Below are positions 54,890-64,000 of a stretch of DNA of 64,000 nt, in pieces (position 1 is the first letter of the stretch; each line of letters opens with the position of its first letter). The stretch spans positions 320,001 to 384,000 of the forward strand of contig CAWJDT010000004.1 in the NCBI GenBank assembly GCA_963841735.1, written 5' to 3'. The stretch comes from an uncultured Actinomycetes bacterium (GTDB lineage Bacteria; Actinomycetota; Thermoleophilia; RBG-16-64-13). Both the position numbers and the translations under genes were made by a program. The notes beneath the pieces were generated by a model that was given only the letters and a program-made list of their open reading frames with translations, was not told where the DNA came from and did no database searches.

Positions 54890-55947
54890 CTAGAATACGT
54901 CTTTCGCCTTCAGCGGGTAGCCGGTGTAGCCGGCCGTCGCGTAGTAGACGGCTCTATCGAAGAACCGTCCCAGTTCGCGGTTCAGATCGACTGCTCGCTG
55001 TAGGTCCATGGCCGACTCCCACACTCCGTGGGTGCGGGCCGTCATCCAGACTTCCCTCTTCAGCAGCAAGATCGCGCTGACCAGTTCCGGCAGTGGCAGA
55101 CCCTGGGCAGCCCTCGTCTCGCCCAGCTTGTGAAACCATTCGCCGAGGTTCTGATCGGAGGGTTGGCCGCCGAAGTACTGGCCCACTTGACTGAGCGCGA
55201 ACTCGCTCGCGTTCACCAGCTCCTCGTCCGACACGACTCCGTACGACGGTGTCTGTGAGCTGGCCCTAAGGTCCTGAAGCCACAGCCGAGCGATCTCTTC
55301 TCCGTAGCTGTCGACGAATCCCTTAGGCAAACGGCTGATCGGGCCCAGCGGGAGCACCACTCGTCTGAACACTTCGTTGATCGTCTGCGCGCAAGCAGCG
55401 TAGACGGCGGACAGACCGGTGAGTATGCCCTCCCAGCCGGCGATCTTGCCCCAGTACGGCTCCCCCGCCGAAGTCGCGGATGGCCAGCAGGAAGAACAGG
55501 ATCGTAAGCAGACCGAATACCACCTGCAATGCCCGGTTGAGCTTCAACGTACCTATGAACATGTAGGCCGTGAAGACACCCCAGGCAACGAAGAACCAGG
55601 CCATAGCCATTTCGCTCGGAGCGGCGGCTTGTTTGGCATCGGGGAACATACCGGGCATCAGCCAGAGAGCGACCAACGTCAGCCAGAAGAAGCCCGTAGG
55701 AGGTGAAGGCCAGCGTTCCGAACGTGTTGTTCTTGCGATACTCCATGATCCCGGCGATAACCTGTGCGATGCCGCCATAGAAGATGCCCATGGCTAGGAT
55801 CATGCTGCTCAGCCCGAAGAAGCCCGCGTTGTGGATGTTGAGCAGAATTGTCGTCAGGCCAAACCCCATAAGGCCGAGTGGCGCGGGATTGGCGTTGGTA
55901 TCCAGCAGTTTGGTAACCGTTTCGTTAGAACTGATCGAGGTGGCCAT
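54890..55947 (-). CDS. satP: SatP/YaaH (GPR1/FUN34) acetate uptake channel fused to a C-terminal helical RsbRD-N-like domain; apparent frameshifts near 55695 and 55450
   Basis: [24 protein letters not shown]...FTSYG and FFW; the last helix [27 protein letters not shown] continues in frame for about 150 further aa. Confidence 0.83.
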
Positions 55948-56132
55948 ATGCCCTCTTTCTCCCTGCCCTTGCTGCAGGATGGTCGGATTGTCATCGGTCA
56001 CGGGCATCTAGAAACCACGCTCAGGCGCCCGGACCGGCGGACAATATACCGGCCATCCGCACCCCCTTGTCTACTGCAGCCCTGTTTCTTGTAGAATGAC
56101 TGCACGTTCTTGGCCCGCTCTTCGAGGATCAA

Positions 56133-56952
56133 GTGATCGAGACAATCAGGGTCGACCTGCACTGTCATTCGTCAATGAGCGATGGAGATCATGCGCCCGC
56201 GTACGTCGCCCATTCGATCGCCGCGATAGGAGCCGTCTGGGCGTCTCTGACCGACCACAATACCCTCTCCGGACAACCGCAGTTCCGAGCCGTGCTCGAA
56301 AGACGGGGACTCAATTCCGTCGTCGGATTAGAGATGGACGCGCGCTCACCCGCCGGAGTGCTGCATCTGCTGGGATACGGGCTCGACCAGCACAACGAAG
56401 CTCTGCTCGACGCGCTGCGCACGCTCCGCCAGCCCTGGCGCACTTCGGCCCGCCATTGGTTCGAGCAGGGCCCACTCGCTTGCCGACGCGCCCCTTCCTC
56501 GCCCGCGTCTCCGACGGGCCAGGCCGGAAAGCGACACAGGTCCGCCGCGACCGCCTACCACCGCGGAGGCCATCGATCTCATCCACGAGGCCGGCGGCCT
56601 CGTGTTCCTGGCCCACCCGCTGGCGGGTATCGACACCATTGCTAGCGCTCGAGGAGGCGCTGACTTCGCTGCAGCCCGAGGGGCTGGACGGGCTTGAAGC
56701 GTTCTCACAAACAGTACCGGCCGGAGACACAGGATGCGCTGCTCGAGGTCGCTGAGCGCCGAGAGTCTTCTCACCGTGGGCGGCAGCGATTTTCACGGCG
56801 TACATCACTCCGATGGAGGTAGCCCCGGGGTCGACATGCCCCTGATACACTGGAGGCAATTTATGGCTGCACTCGGGATAGGGCCACAAGAGGCCCTTCC
56901 CACTCCCTATCCAGACCGGGTCACTGCACAAAGGGGGCATGATGGAGACTAG
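56133..56952 (+). CDS. PHP-domain phosphoesterase (TrpH/YciV-like), apparent frameshifts
   Basis: DLHCHS..SDG, LTDHNT, HLLGY, IHEAGG..FLAHP, GLDGLE and GGSDFHG. Confidence 0.85.
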
Positions 56953-59922
56953 CAGGCGCTCGACGGGCAAGTGGCTACCGCAGAGATGGTCAAGCTTCGT
57001 CATCCGGATCGTGCTGCCGGCGGTGCTGGCAGTGGTGCTTTTCATCCTGGCAGTCTTCCTTATCCTCATCCCTTCGGTCGAGCGTGAGTTGCTCGACGGT
57101 AAGAAGGAAACCACCCAGGAGCTGACCCGCGCCGCAGTCAGTATCGTCAATGAGTACTACGCCGAGGAGACTGCCGGGAGCATGACCCGGGAGCAGGCCC
57201 AAACGCGAAGCCGCCGCCCGCGTCGAACTGCTGCGTTACGGCGATGAGGGCAAGGACTACTTCTGGATCACCGACACGCATCCGACCATGGTGATGCACC
57301 CCTACTTGCCGGAGCTCAACGGCCAGGACCTCACCGACTATGAAGACCAACGCGGCAAGAAGCTCTTCGTCGCCTTCGTCGACGCCGTACGCGAGAACGG
57401 CTCCGGTTTCGTCGACTACTACTGGCAGTGGAAAGACGATCCGGACCGCATAGTGCCCAAGCTGTCATACGTTGAGGAGTTCAAGCCCTGGCAGTGGGTC
57501 ATAGGCACGGGCATCTACGTCGAAGATGTCAACGCCGCCATCGCCCGCGTGCAGCGGTACTTGACCTACATCTCCCTGGCCATCGCCGCCGCCATCGCTC
57601 TACTCCTTCTGTACGCGGCACGGCAGAGCCTCAAGATCGAGAAACGCAGAGCCACTGCCGAGCAGGGGCTCAAAGAATCCAACGAGAAGTACCAGGCCCT
57701 GGTGGCCGCTGCTACCGAAGGCATCATCATGACTCTCGACGGCAAATGCGCCTACGCCAATAAGCCCTTGCACGACATGCTGGGATACGAAGCGCACGAA
57801 CTCGCCGACATGATCCTGTCACTGCTGGTGGTGAACGAGAACCCCGGCGGACCAGCAAGCTCTGAACTACATCCAGGCCCTGGCTGCCACCGGTACACGC
57901 ACGCCGGCCGACTCAACTGCCTCCCCCCACTTTCGAGGCCCGGTTTAGAGCCAAGGACGGTCGCGCCGTCGACGTGCTGCTCACGGCGACGCCCATCTCA
58001 CTTGCCGGCAAAGAAGGCGTGATCCTGATGGCCCGCAGCCTCATCGGACAGAAGGCCATGGAGGCCGCCTTCGACGAAACGCGGCGGCAGTTCCTGACCA
58101 TGTCCGACGCTCTCAGCCTGGGAGTGTTCCGCAGCACCTGGGGCCGCAAAGCCACCCTCGTCGAGGCCAACCCAGCCATGCGCGGCATCCTGCAGCTCGC
58201 CCCCACCGCCGACATGGCTGCCTCCGACTGGCTCGACAAGATCATCGACACCGACGAACGCAGCGCCCTGGTGGACCGTCTCAACAAGGACAAGGTCGTG
58301 CAGGACTACCGGGTAGGCCTGTGGAGGGCGGACGGCACACGTACCGACATCTCCCTCTTCGCCGTTCTTGTGGACGACGAGAGCGGGCAGCCTCGCTTCT
58401 GCGACGGCATCGTGGAAGACATCACCAAGCAGACCAAGGGTGAACACGAGCGCGAGGCACTGATCGCTCAGTTACAGACGTCGCTCTTCTACCTACGCGA
58501 GCCCGTGACCCGAGCGGTCAGTCCCGCCGTGTCGGTGGACATGACCGAGACCGTGCGCAGGGCGGCTGCTCTAATGACCAAGAGCCGCGCCGGAGCCGTG
58601 TTCGTTATGGGCCCGGACAACGACGTGGTGGGCATCGTCACCGACTTCGACTTCCGCGTGCGAGTGGTGGCCGAGAACCTTGATCTCGGCACCTCGGTGC
58701 GTGCCATCATGACCGCCCCGGTAGACTCCATCTCCGAAGACGCTCCTGTTTACGAGGCCCTGCTCAAGATGCGAGAGCGCAACGTGGAGCACCTCGCAGT
58801 CACAAGACGAGTCGGGCGCTATCACAGGCGTTCTTCGGCTCCGGGATCTTGTCCAGTACCAGGAATCATCCTCGGTAATCATCACCGACTCGATCAAGCG
58901 GGCGACCTCGCTCGAGCAGATTAGCAGAGGCACACGACAGACTACCCGCGTTGATCAAGGCCGTGGTCGATTCCGGCGCCGATACCCGCTACGTCAACAG
59001 GATCGTCTCCGGAGTCGCCGACGGCGTGGTACAGAGACTCGTAGGGATGGCTCTGGATGAACTGGGGCCCGCGCCGGTGCCCTTCGCCTTCCTCACCCTG
59101 GGCAGTGAAGGCCGCGAAGAGCAGACGCTCCTCACCGATCAGGACAACGCTCTCCTATACGACGACCCACCGAACGAGAGGGTCGAGGAGACCGCAGCCT
59201 ACTTCCTCTCGCTTGGCACCTGGGTCTGCGACCGCCTCGATCAATTGGGATACCAGTACTGTGAAGGCGGGGTCATGGCAAAGAACCCCCGCTGGAACCT
59301 TTCGCGCTCGGTTTGGCGGCAGCAGTTCTCCCACTGGATCCACAACGCCGATCCACAGGAGCTGCTTGAGCTCAACATGCTCTTCGACTTCCGCTGCGTC
59401 GCCGGACAGCAACAGTTCGCCCGCGAGCTACGCACCTGGGTGTTCGACGAGATGCAGGCCTATCAGCTGTTCTTCATACATTTCGCGCAGAACGCCTTGC
59501 TCTACAAACCGCCCATCAACCTGCTGGGGCACATCCAGACCACCTCTTCCGAAGAAGGCACCAAGACGCTCAGCCTCAAAGAGGCTCTCTTGCCGGTGGT
59601 CAACTTCGCGCGTCTCTATGCTTTGCGTCAGCGCATAGACTCTACCAACACCCTGGACCGCCTAGCCGAGTTGAGAGAGCGGGGAGTCCTGGGCCGTGAG
59701 TCTTACGAGCAGATCGTGCCTGACTACGAGACCCTCATGAGCATCAGGCTGCGCCGGCAGGCCATCGCCATCGAAGAGAATCGCAAGCCCACCAACCTGA
59801 TCTCTCCCAGCGAGCTCTGACCTCTGCCGAGGAAGCCAGGCTGAAGCGCCTGTTCGCTCTGGCCGAGAGATCTGCGCAAGAAGATCAGCTACGACTTCTT
59901 GGGTGGCATCGCCGGCTTCTAG
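56939..59922 (+). CDS. membrane receptor: TM-sCache_2-TM-PAS-PAS-CBS pair-DUF294 nucleotidyltransferase-DUF294_C; several apparent frameshifts
   Basis: YFWITD..MVMHP..PKLSYV..PWQWVIGTGIY (sCache_2), YANK and EANPA PAS starts, GIVTDFD.R CBS, and LGSEGREEQ...TDQDNA..GGVMAKNPRW..FDFR (DUF294). Ends DFLGGIAGF-stop at 59922. Confidence 0.82.
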
Positions 59923-59949
59923 GACACAGCCGATCCTCGCCAGTGCACG

Positions 59950-59990
59950 CCGGGCGCCCGAGCACCAGCTCGGGCGCCCGGTAGTTCTTT
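59950..59990 (+). terminator. hairpin terminator between convergent genes
   Basis: CCGGGCGCCCGAGC-ACCA-GCTCGGGCGCCCGG followed by TAGTTCTTT. Confidence 0.7.
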
Positions 59991-60044
59991 GTGAGCTCAC
60001 CGACGCTCCGAGTGACTCCGCGCCTTACGTCGCCCCGCCGGGCC

Positions 60045-60899
60045 TCAGCCCTCGCGTCGCCGCCCGCGCCTGTACTTCCAGAGCAAGCCTCTGCCCGGGG
60101 CGAACAGGAACGCCAGTACGAAGATGGCAGTAGCCACGAGCACCATGGCCCCGCTGGGCGCCACGCCCAGGTAGTAGCTCGCGTAGAGCCCTCCTACCGC
60201 CGACATCGCGCCGATCAAGCGCCGACACCGCCATCATGACCGGCAGGCGACGGGTGAGCAGATACGCCGCGGCCGGAGGAGTCACCAGCATGGCAGTCAC
60301 CAGAGCCACCCCCACGGTGCGCAGCGCCACCACGATGGTGGCCGCGATCATCAGGAAGAGCCCGGTCCGCAAGCCGTGGGTGCTGAGACCCAGCGTCTCC
60401 CCCAGGATCGGATCGAAGGACATCACCAGCAGCCGCCTATAGAGGAGCACTATCGATACCAAGATCGCGAGGGCGAGCCCGCCGCTCACCCATAGGTCCG
60501 ACGCGGTGACCCCCAGCACGTTGCCAAAGAGCACATGGGCGAGATCCACCGCATAAGTACTCATGGTGCTGATCAGCACGACGCCAAGCGCAAGGGCGGC
60601 CGCGAAGAAGATGCCGATAGCCGTGTCTTCTCGGATCGTCCCCGCTCGCGAGACGAAGCTTATGCCCACACGCCACCAGCACCCCGGCGATGAGCGCGCC
60701 CACCAGGAGGTTCGCGCCCACCGAGATAGGCCACGGCCACACCGGGCAGTATGGCGTGGGCCAGCGCATCGCCCAAGAACGCCATCGAACGTAGCACGAT
60801 GTAGCAGCCGATGACGGCGCAGACCACACCGACTATGAGCGAGGCGATCAAGGCCTTCTGCATGAACGCCAGGGCGAAGGGCTCGGTCAGCCAGTTCAT
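60045..60899 (-). CDS. Mn/Zn/Fe ABC transporter permease (ABC-3), apparent frameshifts
   Basis: VLRSMAFLGDALAHAILPGVA, EDTAIGI, LFGNVLG and LVTPPAAA. Confidence 0.88.
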
Positions 60900-60912
60900 G
60901 CTCGCCGTCCCT

Positions 60913-61759
60913 TCACGGCCGCCGCTCGCCTTCAGACGCGCCCGGCTCGTCACACACGTCGCACCGGCAACTGTCGACGGCTCCCACCGGACCGTGTCCG
61001 CCGCAGCACTGGTCGACCACTATGGCCTTACCGTCCACCACCATCATCTGCCCGCCGAACGCCTGCTGCAGGTGCTGCTCGGTGAAGACCTGCGCGGGGC
61101 TCCCGGCGCTGATGAGCCGGCCGTTCAGCAGGATCACCTCGTCGAACCTCCCGGAGGCCAGGTCGAGATCGTGCGTGGAGACCAGGACTGTTACCGAGCG
61201 GGCGCGCAGAGCCGGCCACCAAGCTCCAGAGTGGCCTCGCGCGTGGCCATATCCACCCCGGTGAAAGGCTCGTCGAGAAGAAGCACGTGCGGCTCCTGCA
61301 CCAGCGCCCGGGCAAGGAACGCCCTCTGCTGCTGACCGCCCGGACAGCTCGCCTATGGGCCGCTTGGCCAGACCGGCGATATCCAGGCGTTCCAGGCTCT
61401 CGTGGACGAGCCTCCTGTCGGTGACCGAGAGCCGCTTGAGCCAGCGCCCCCGGCCGTACCGACCCATGGCCACCACGTCGAACACGGTCACCGGGAAGCG
61501 CCAGTCGACCTCCTCCTTCTGCGGCACGTATGCCACCGGATCGCGGCGGGCATCCGAGCGGGCGACCGTGGATGAGGATCTTACCGGTGCGCATGGGCAC
61601 CAGCCCGACGATGGCTTTGAACAAGGTCGATTTGCCCGCTCCGTTCGGCCCGATGACCGCCGCCTGGGATCCGTGCGCCAAGCTGAGCGAGACCGACTGA
61701 AGCGCGGGTCGGTCGCCGTAGTACACGCTGACGTCGTGCAGCTCGAGCACTCCGGTCAT
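60913..61759 (-). CDS. Mn/Zn/Fe ABC transporter ATP-binding protein, apparent frameshifts
   Basis: [41 protein letters not shown] and STHDL. Confidence 0.9.
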
Positions 61760-62703
61760 CGCAAAGCCTCGACTATCCGCTGGACGTTCCACCGCATCAT
61801 GTCCAAGTAGGTGGCCGCGTTCTCTCCCAGGGAATGGGTGTAGAGGTCGGTGACCACCTTCACCCCCGTCTCCCGGGCCACCTGTTGGGCCAGCGAGTCG
61901 TTGCTGCCGGTCTCCAGGAATATCGCGGGCGCCCCAGTCGCACGGATGGCCCCGATGAGGTCGGACAGCTGTCGGGCCGACGGACTCCCTTCGCCGGAGG
62001 TCGTGGCGAAGATCGTTCCTACCAGGTCGAACCCGTAGCGTGAGGTGAACCGCCCAAAGCTCTCATGATTGGTCACCAAGAGCCGCCGCTCGGCCGGAAT
62101 GGTATCTACCTGCATGACGATCCAGGCATCAAGCTCCCGCAGCGCCGACTGGTAGATAGCCGCATTGGCTCGATACACCTCGGCCCCAGCGGGATCGATG
62201 GTGATCAAGCCCTCTGCAATGTCGTCCACGGACGCCACCACGCTCAAGGGATCGAGCCAGAAGTGCGGGTCCTCATCTATGCCGGAAAGACCGGCGGAGG
62301 CGTCGATAACCGGAACGCCGGACTCCGCAGCTCCTGAGACCAACTCATCCACGGTGGGTATCAGTCCCGGCGCGCCGATGACCACGCCCTCAGCCTCGAC
62401 CACCCTCTTCGCGTCCTTGGGGGTGGGTTCAAACGAATGCGGGTCGGCGCCTGAGGGTACGATCGCCGAGACCGTCATCCGCTCGCCGGCGACGTTCTGC
62501 ACAATGTCCGCGAGGAAGGTGGTGTCGGCCAGCACCGACAGTTTTCCGTCGGCAGTCCCCCCGCCTCCTACCTGGCCGCCGCCGTCGTTTGCGCACCCCG
62601 CCGCACCCCAAATGAACATGAGCACCACGGCGAACGCCGCCGCTAGCGCGCGGCGCGGCGCACTCAGCCACCTGCCTGTGTTCTGGTCGCGCTGGCCCGT
62701 CAC
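61756..62703 (-). CDS. metal ABC transporter substrate-binding lipoprotein (TroA/MntC/ZnuA cluster A-I)
   Basis: Lipobox AAGC, DPHSFEP, DPHFWLDP, TNHESF and YLDMMRWN. Confidence 0.93.
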   Translation of the reverse strand: MTGQRDQNTGRWLSAPRRALAAAFAVVLMFIWGAAGCANDGGGQVGGGGTADGKLSVLADTTFLADIVQNVAGERMTVSAIVPSGADPHSFEPTPKDAKRVVEAEGVVIGAPGLIPTVDELVSGAAESGVPVIDASAGLSGIDEDPHFWLDPLSVVASVDDIAEGLITIDPAGAEVYRANAAIYQSALRELDAWIVMQVDTIPAERRLLVTNHESFGRFTSRYGFDLVGTIFATTSGEGSPSARQLSDLIGAIRATGAPAIFLETGSNDSLAQQVARETGVKVVTDLYTHSLGENAATYLDMMRWNVQRIVEALR

Positions 62704-62738
62704 AAGACCCCGTTCTGCCGGTGTTCATGAACTGCGCG

Positions 62739-62760
62739 GCCCTTGACCTGGGTCAAGGGC
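62739..62760. promoter_or_regulatory. Crp/Fnr-family operator upstream of hcp
   Basis: Perfect palindrome GCCCTTGACC-TG-GGTCAAGGGC with core TTGAC-N4-GTCAA. Confidence 0.65.
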
Positions 62761-62863
62761 GCGCCTGAGAGACTATCTTAGCTTCTTCGTGGGAAACATA
62801 TGAAGGACGCTAGCCATCAAGGGGACGGCGAAGCGCCGTGATTTGACGACCAGGAGGACGCTG

Positions 62864-64000
62864 ATGTTTTGCTACCAGTGCGAACAGACCGCCAAGTCCA
62901 TCGCCTGCACCGTCAAGGGCGTGTGCGGCAAGGACGATGAGGTGGCCTCGCTGCAGGACGCCTTGGTATACACGCTCAAAGGGCTCGCTCTCGCCGCCGA
63001 GAAGGCCAAGCCCGCCGGCCTTGTGCAGTCCCAAACACTCCCCTTCCTCGCCCACGGCATGTTTGTGACGCTGACCAACGTCAACTTCGACCCGCAATCC
63101 CTCAAGGACTGGATCCACGAGACGGCCAGCAGGCGTGACGCTCTCAAGGCCGAGTTGCTCACACAAGGCCCGCCGGTCTCCTTTCCGGAAGGTCCGCTGA
63201 CCTTCGCCCCGGCCCGAACGATCGCGGAGCTTGCTGAGCAGGGCCGAGGGCACGGCATCAACACCGAGGCTTCGGCGGATGCCGACATCCGCTCGCTTCA
63301 GCACGCCGTCCTCTATGGGCTCAAGGGAGTCGCCGCCTATGCGGTGCACGCCGGTGAGCTCGGCTACCACGACCCAGTGGTAGATGGCTACTTCGTCGAG
63401 GCCTTGAGCCAGCTGTCGCGCTTCAACGAGGGCGACCTGAACGCGTGGATCGCCAAGGCCCTGCGTGTCGGTGAGGTCAACTACAAGGTCATGGAACTAC
63501 TCGACAAGGCCAACACCGAGACCTACGGGACTCCGGTGCCCACGGAGGTGCCTTTGGGGGTCAAGACAGGCAAGGCCATCTTGGTCTCCGGCCATGACTT
63601 CGCCGACCTGGAAGCCCTGCTCAAGCAGACCGAAGACAAGGGCATCAACATCTACACCCATGGAGAGATGCTGCCGGCCCACGCCTATCCCAAACTCAAG
63701 GCCTATCCCCAGCTCTACGGCAACTACGGCTCCGCCTGGCAGAACCAGAAGAAGGAATTCGCCGAATTCCCAGGCGCCATCCTGATGACGACCAACTGCA
63801 TCCAGATTCCACTGGAATCCTACGCCGACAATATCTTCACCCGGTCGGTGGTTAGCGTGCCCAACGCCACCCACGTAGGAGACCGCGACTTCAGCGCTGT
63901 GATTGAGCGCGCATTGGTCCTGCCCGGCTTCTCTGAGGACGTCCCCGGCAAGACGGTGCACGTAGGCTTCATGCGCAACACGGTGCTCGCCCACGCAGAG
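62864..64000 (+). CDS. hcp: hybrid cluster protein / hydroxylamine reductase (5' part, runs off window)
   Basis: MFCYQCEQT..C...GVCGK, YGLKG.AAY, ILVSGHD, YTHGEMLPAH and MTTNC. AGGAGG RBS. Absent from the ORF track because it has no stop in the window. Confidence 0.97.
   Translation, partial: MFCYQCEQTAKSIACTVKGVCGKDDEVASLQDALVYTLKGLALAAEKAKPAGLVQSQTLPFLAHGMFVTLTNVNFDPQSLKDWIHETASRRDALKAELLTQGPPVSFPEGPLTFAPARTIAELAEQGRGHGINTEASADADIRSLQHAVLYGLKGVAAYAVHAGELGYHDPVVDGYFVEALSQLSRFNEGDLNAWIAKALRVGEVNYKVMELLDKANTETYGTPVPTEVPLGVKTGKAILVSGHDFADLEALLKQTEDKGINIYTHGEMLPAHAYPKLKAYPQLYGNYGSAWQNQKKEFAEFPGAILMTTNCIQIPLESYADNIFTRSVVSVPNATHVGDRDFSAVIERALVLPGFSEDVPGKTVHVGFMRNTVLAHAE

Noticed and set aside
54890-55372. 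Separate 160-aa gene as given by the ORF track
   Set aside because: Its first residues are the conserved SatP C-terminus, and the frame extends upstream into the last SatP helix.
59815-59825. TGA as selenocysteine/read-through in the DUF294 gene (likewise near 32700 and 33005)
   Set aside because: The protein-like sequence continues in a shifted frame, not the same frame, so these are indels and not recoding.

Overview
High-GC bacterial chromosomal segment, most likely from a deep-branching, probably anaerobic actinomycete such as Thermoleophilia. This placement is inferred from gene content (whiA, CIRCE-controlled groESL, hcp) and is not verified. Most of the window is housekeeping: pgk-gap-whiA-rapZ, uvrC/uvrA, hflX, guaA, pyrE/pyrF, HU, tldD/pmbA, groESL, tsaEBD, panC, rho, lysA-hom-thrC, hpt, mutM, argS and two tRNAs. 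No mobile element or CRISPR array was seen. Four things stand out. (1) An archaeal-type cyclic 2,3-diphosphoglycerate (cDPG) cluster: 2-phosphoglycerate kinase and cDPG synthetase, overlapping an upstream metallophosphoesterase (candidate cDPG hydrolase) and a downstream GlpX that has lost key catalytic residues. (2) An acetate-uptake locus (DUF485-ActP plus a SatP channel fused to a helical RsbRD-N-like domain) next to an unusual PHP / sCache_2-PAS-PAS-CBS-DUF294 nucleotidyltransferase receptor. (3) A stand-alone structured RNA of about 145 nt with its own promoter and terminator. (4) A methanogen-like HPS-RraA fusion. Many genes at 32-36 kb and 53-62 kb are broken by small indels that look like long-read consensus errors, so coordinates there are reconstructed by eye.
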